A stretch of DNA of 43,591 bases from Myxococcaceae bacterium (lineage in GTDB: Bacteria; Myxococcota; Myxococcia; Myxococcales; Myxococcaceae): NCBI GenBank assembly GCA_040400045.1, contig JBBAQZ010000018.1, positions 1 through 43,591 on the forward strand, given 5' to 3'. Under the pieces are notes generated by a model. That model was not told the origin of the DNA, made no database searches, and saw only the letters and a program-made list of their open reading frames with translations. Positions 43,556-43,591 of the stretch are shown piece after piece. How positions within the stretch are numbered: the first letter of the stretch is position 1; each line of letters opens with the position of its first letter. The translations under genes and the position numbers were made by a program.

Positions 43556-43591
43556 GCCGGGGCTACAGTGTCTGCCATGAGTGACAGTGAC

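Noticed and set aside
1-43591. Searches for CRISPR arrays, tRNA/rRNA genes, IS elements and integrases
   Set aside because: I saw no short direct repeats with regular spacers, no cloverleaf-like conserved tRNA boxes in the intergenic regions, and no transposase- or integrase-like ORFs. I also saw no GC-content discontinuity suggesting an island.

Overview
This is a 43.6-kb, very high-GC (about 70%) segment that is gene-dense on both strands. Its content fits a myxobacterial (Myxococcota-like) chromosome: many lipoprotein signal peptides, PEGA domains, Cys-rich CxxDxCTTDAC repeats, MJ0042-type zinc ribbons, and eukaryotic-like Ser/Thr kinases with a transmembrane helix plus extracellular repeats.

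The most unusual gene is an intact 716-aa homolog of the eukaryotic major vault protein (MVP) on the minus strand at 2024..4174. It lies directly downstream of a same-strand pta-ackA pair. A sigma-54-like TGGCAC-N5-TCGCA element precedes its start.

Other confident content:
- A compact five-gene NAD-reducing [NiFe] hydrogenase operon, hoxF-hoxU-hoxY-hoxH-hoxW, with 4- to 8-nt start/stop overlaps.
- A znuA-znuC-znuB-type metal ABC importer.
- A PHB-depolymerase-family esterase lipoprotein.
- A carboxylesterase-like alpha/beta hydrolase.
- A DUF3467 small protein.
- A NUDIX domain reading in frame into an acyl-CoA ligase.
- A bacterial lipocalin (Blc).
- An APC amino-acid permease directly upstream of a Ser/Thr kinase that carries three tandem ~90-aa repeats.
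- A 944-aa membrane protein with six zinc ribbons.
- A run of beta-propeller and Kelch lipoproteins.

One Ser/Thr kinase (15553..) appears frame-shifted after its catalytic domain. I recognised no rRNA, tRNA, CRISPR array, transposase or integrase. Many long ORFs in the track are antisense shadow ORFs typical of high-GC DNA and were rejected.
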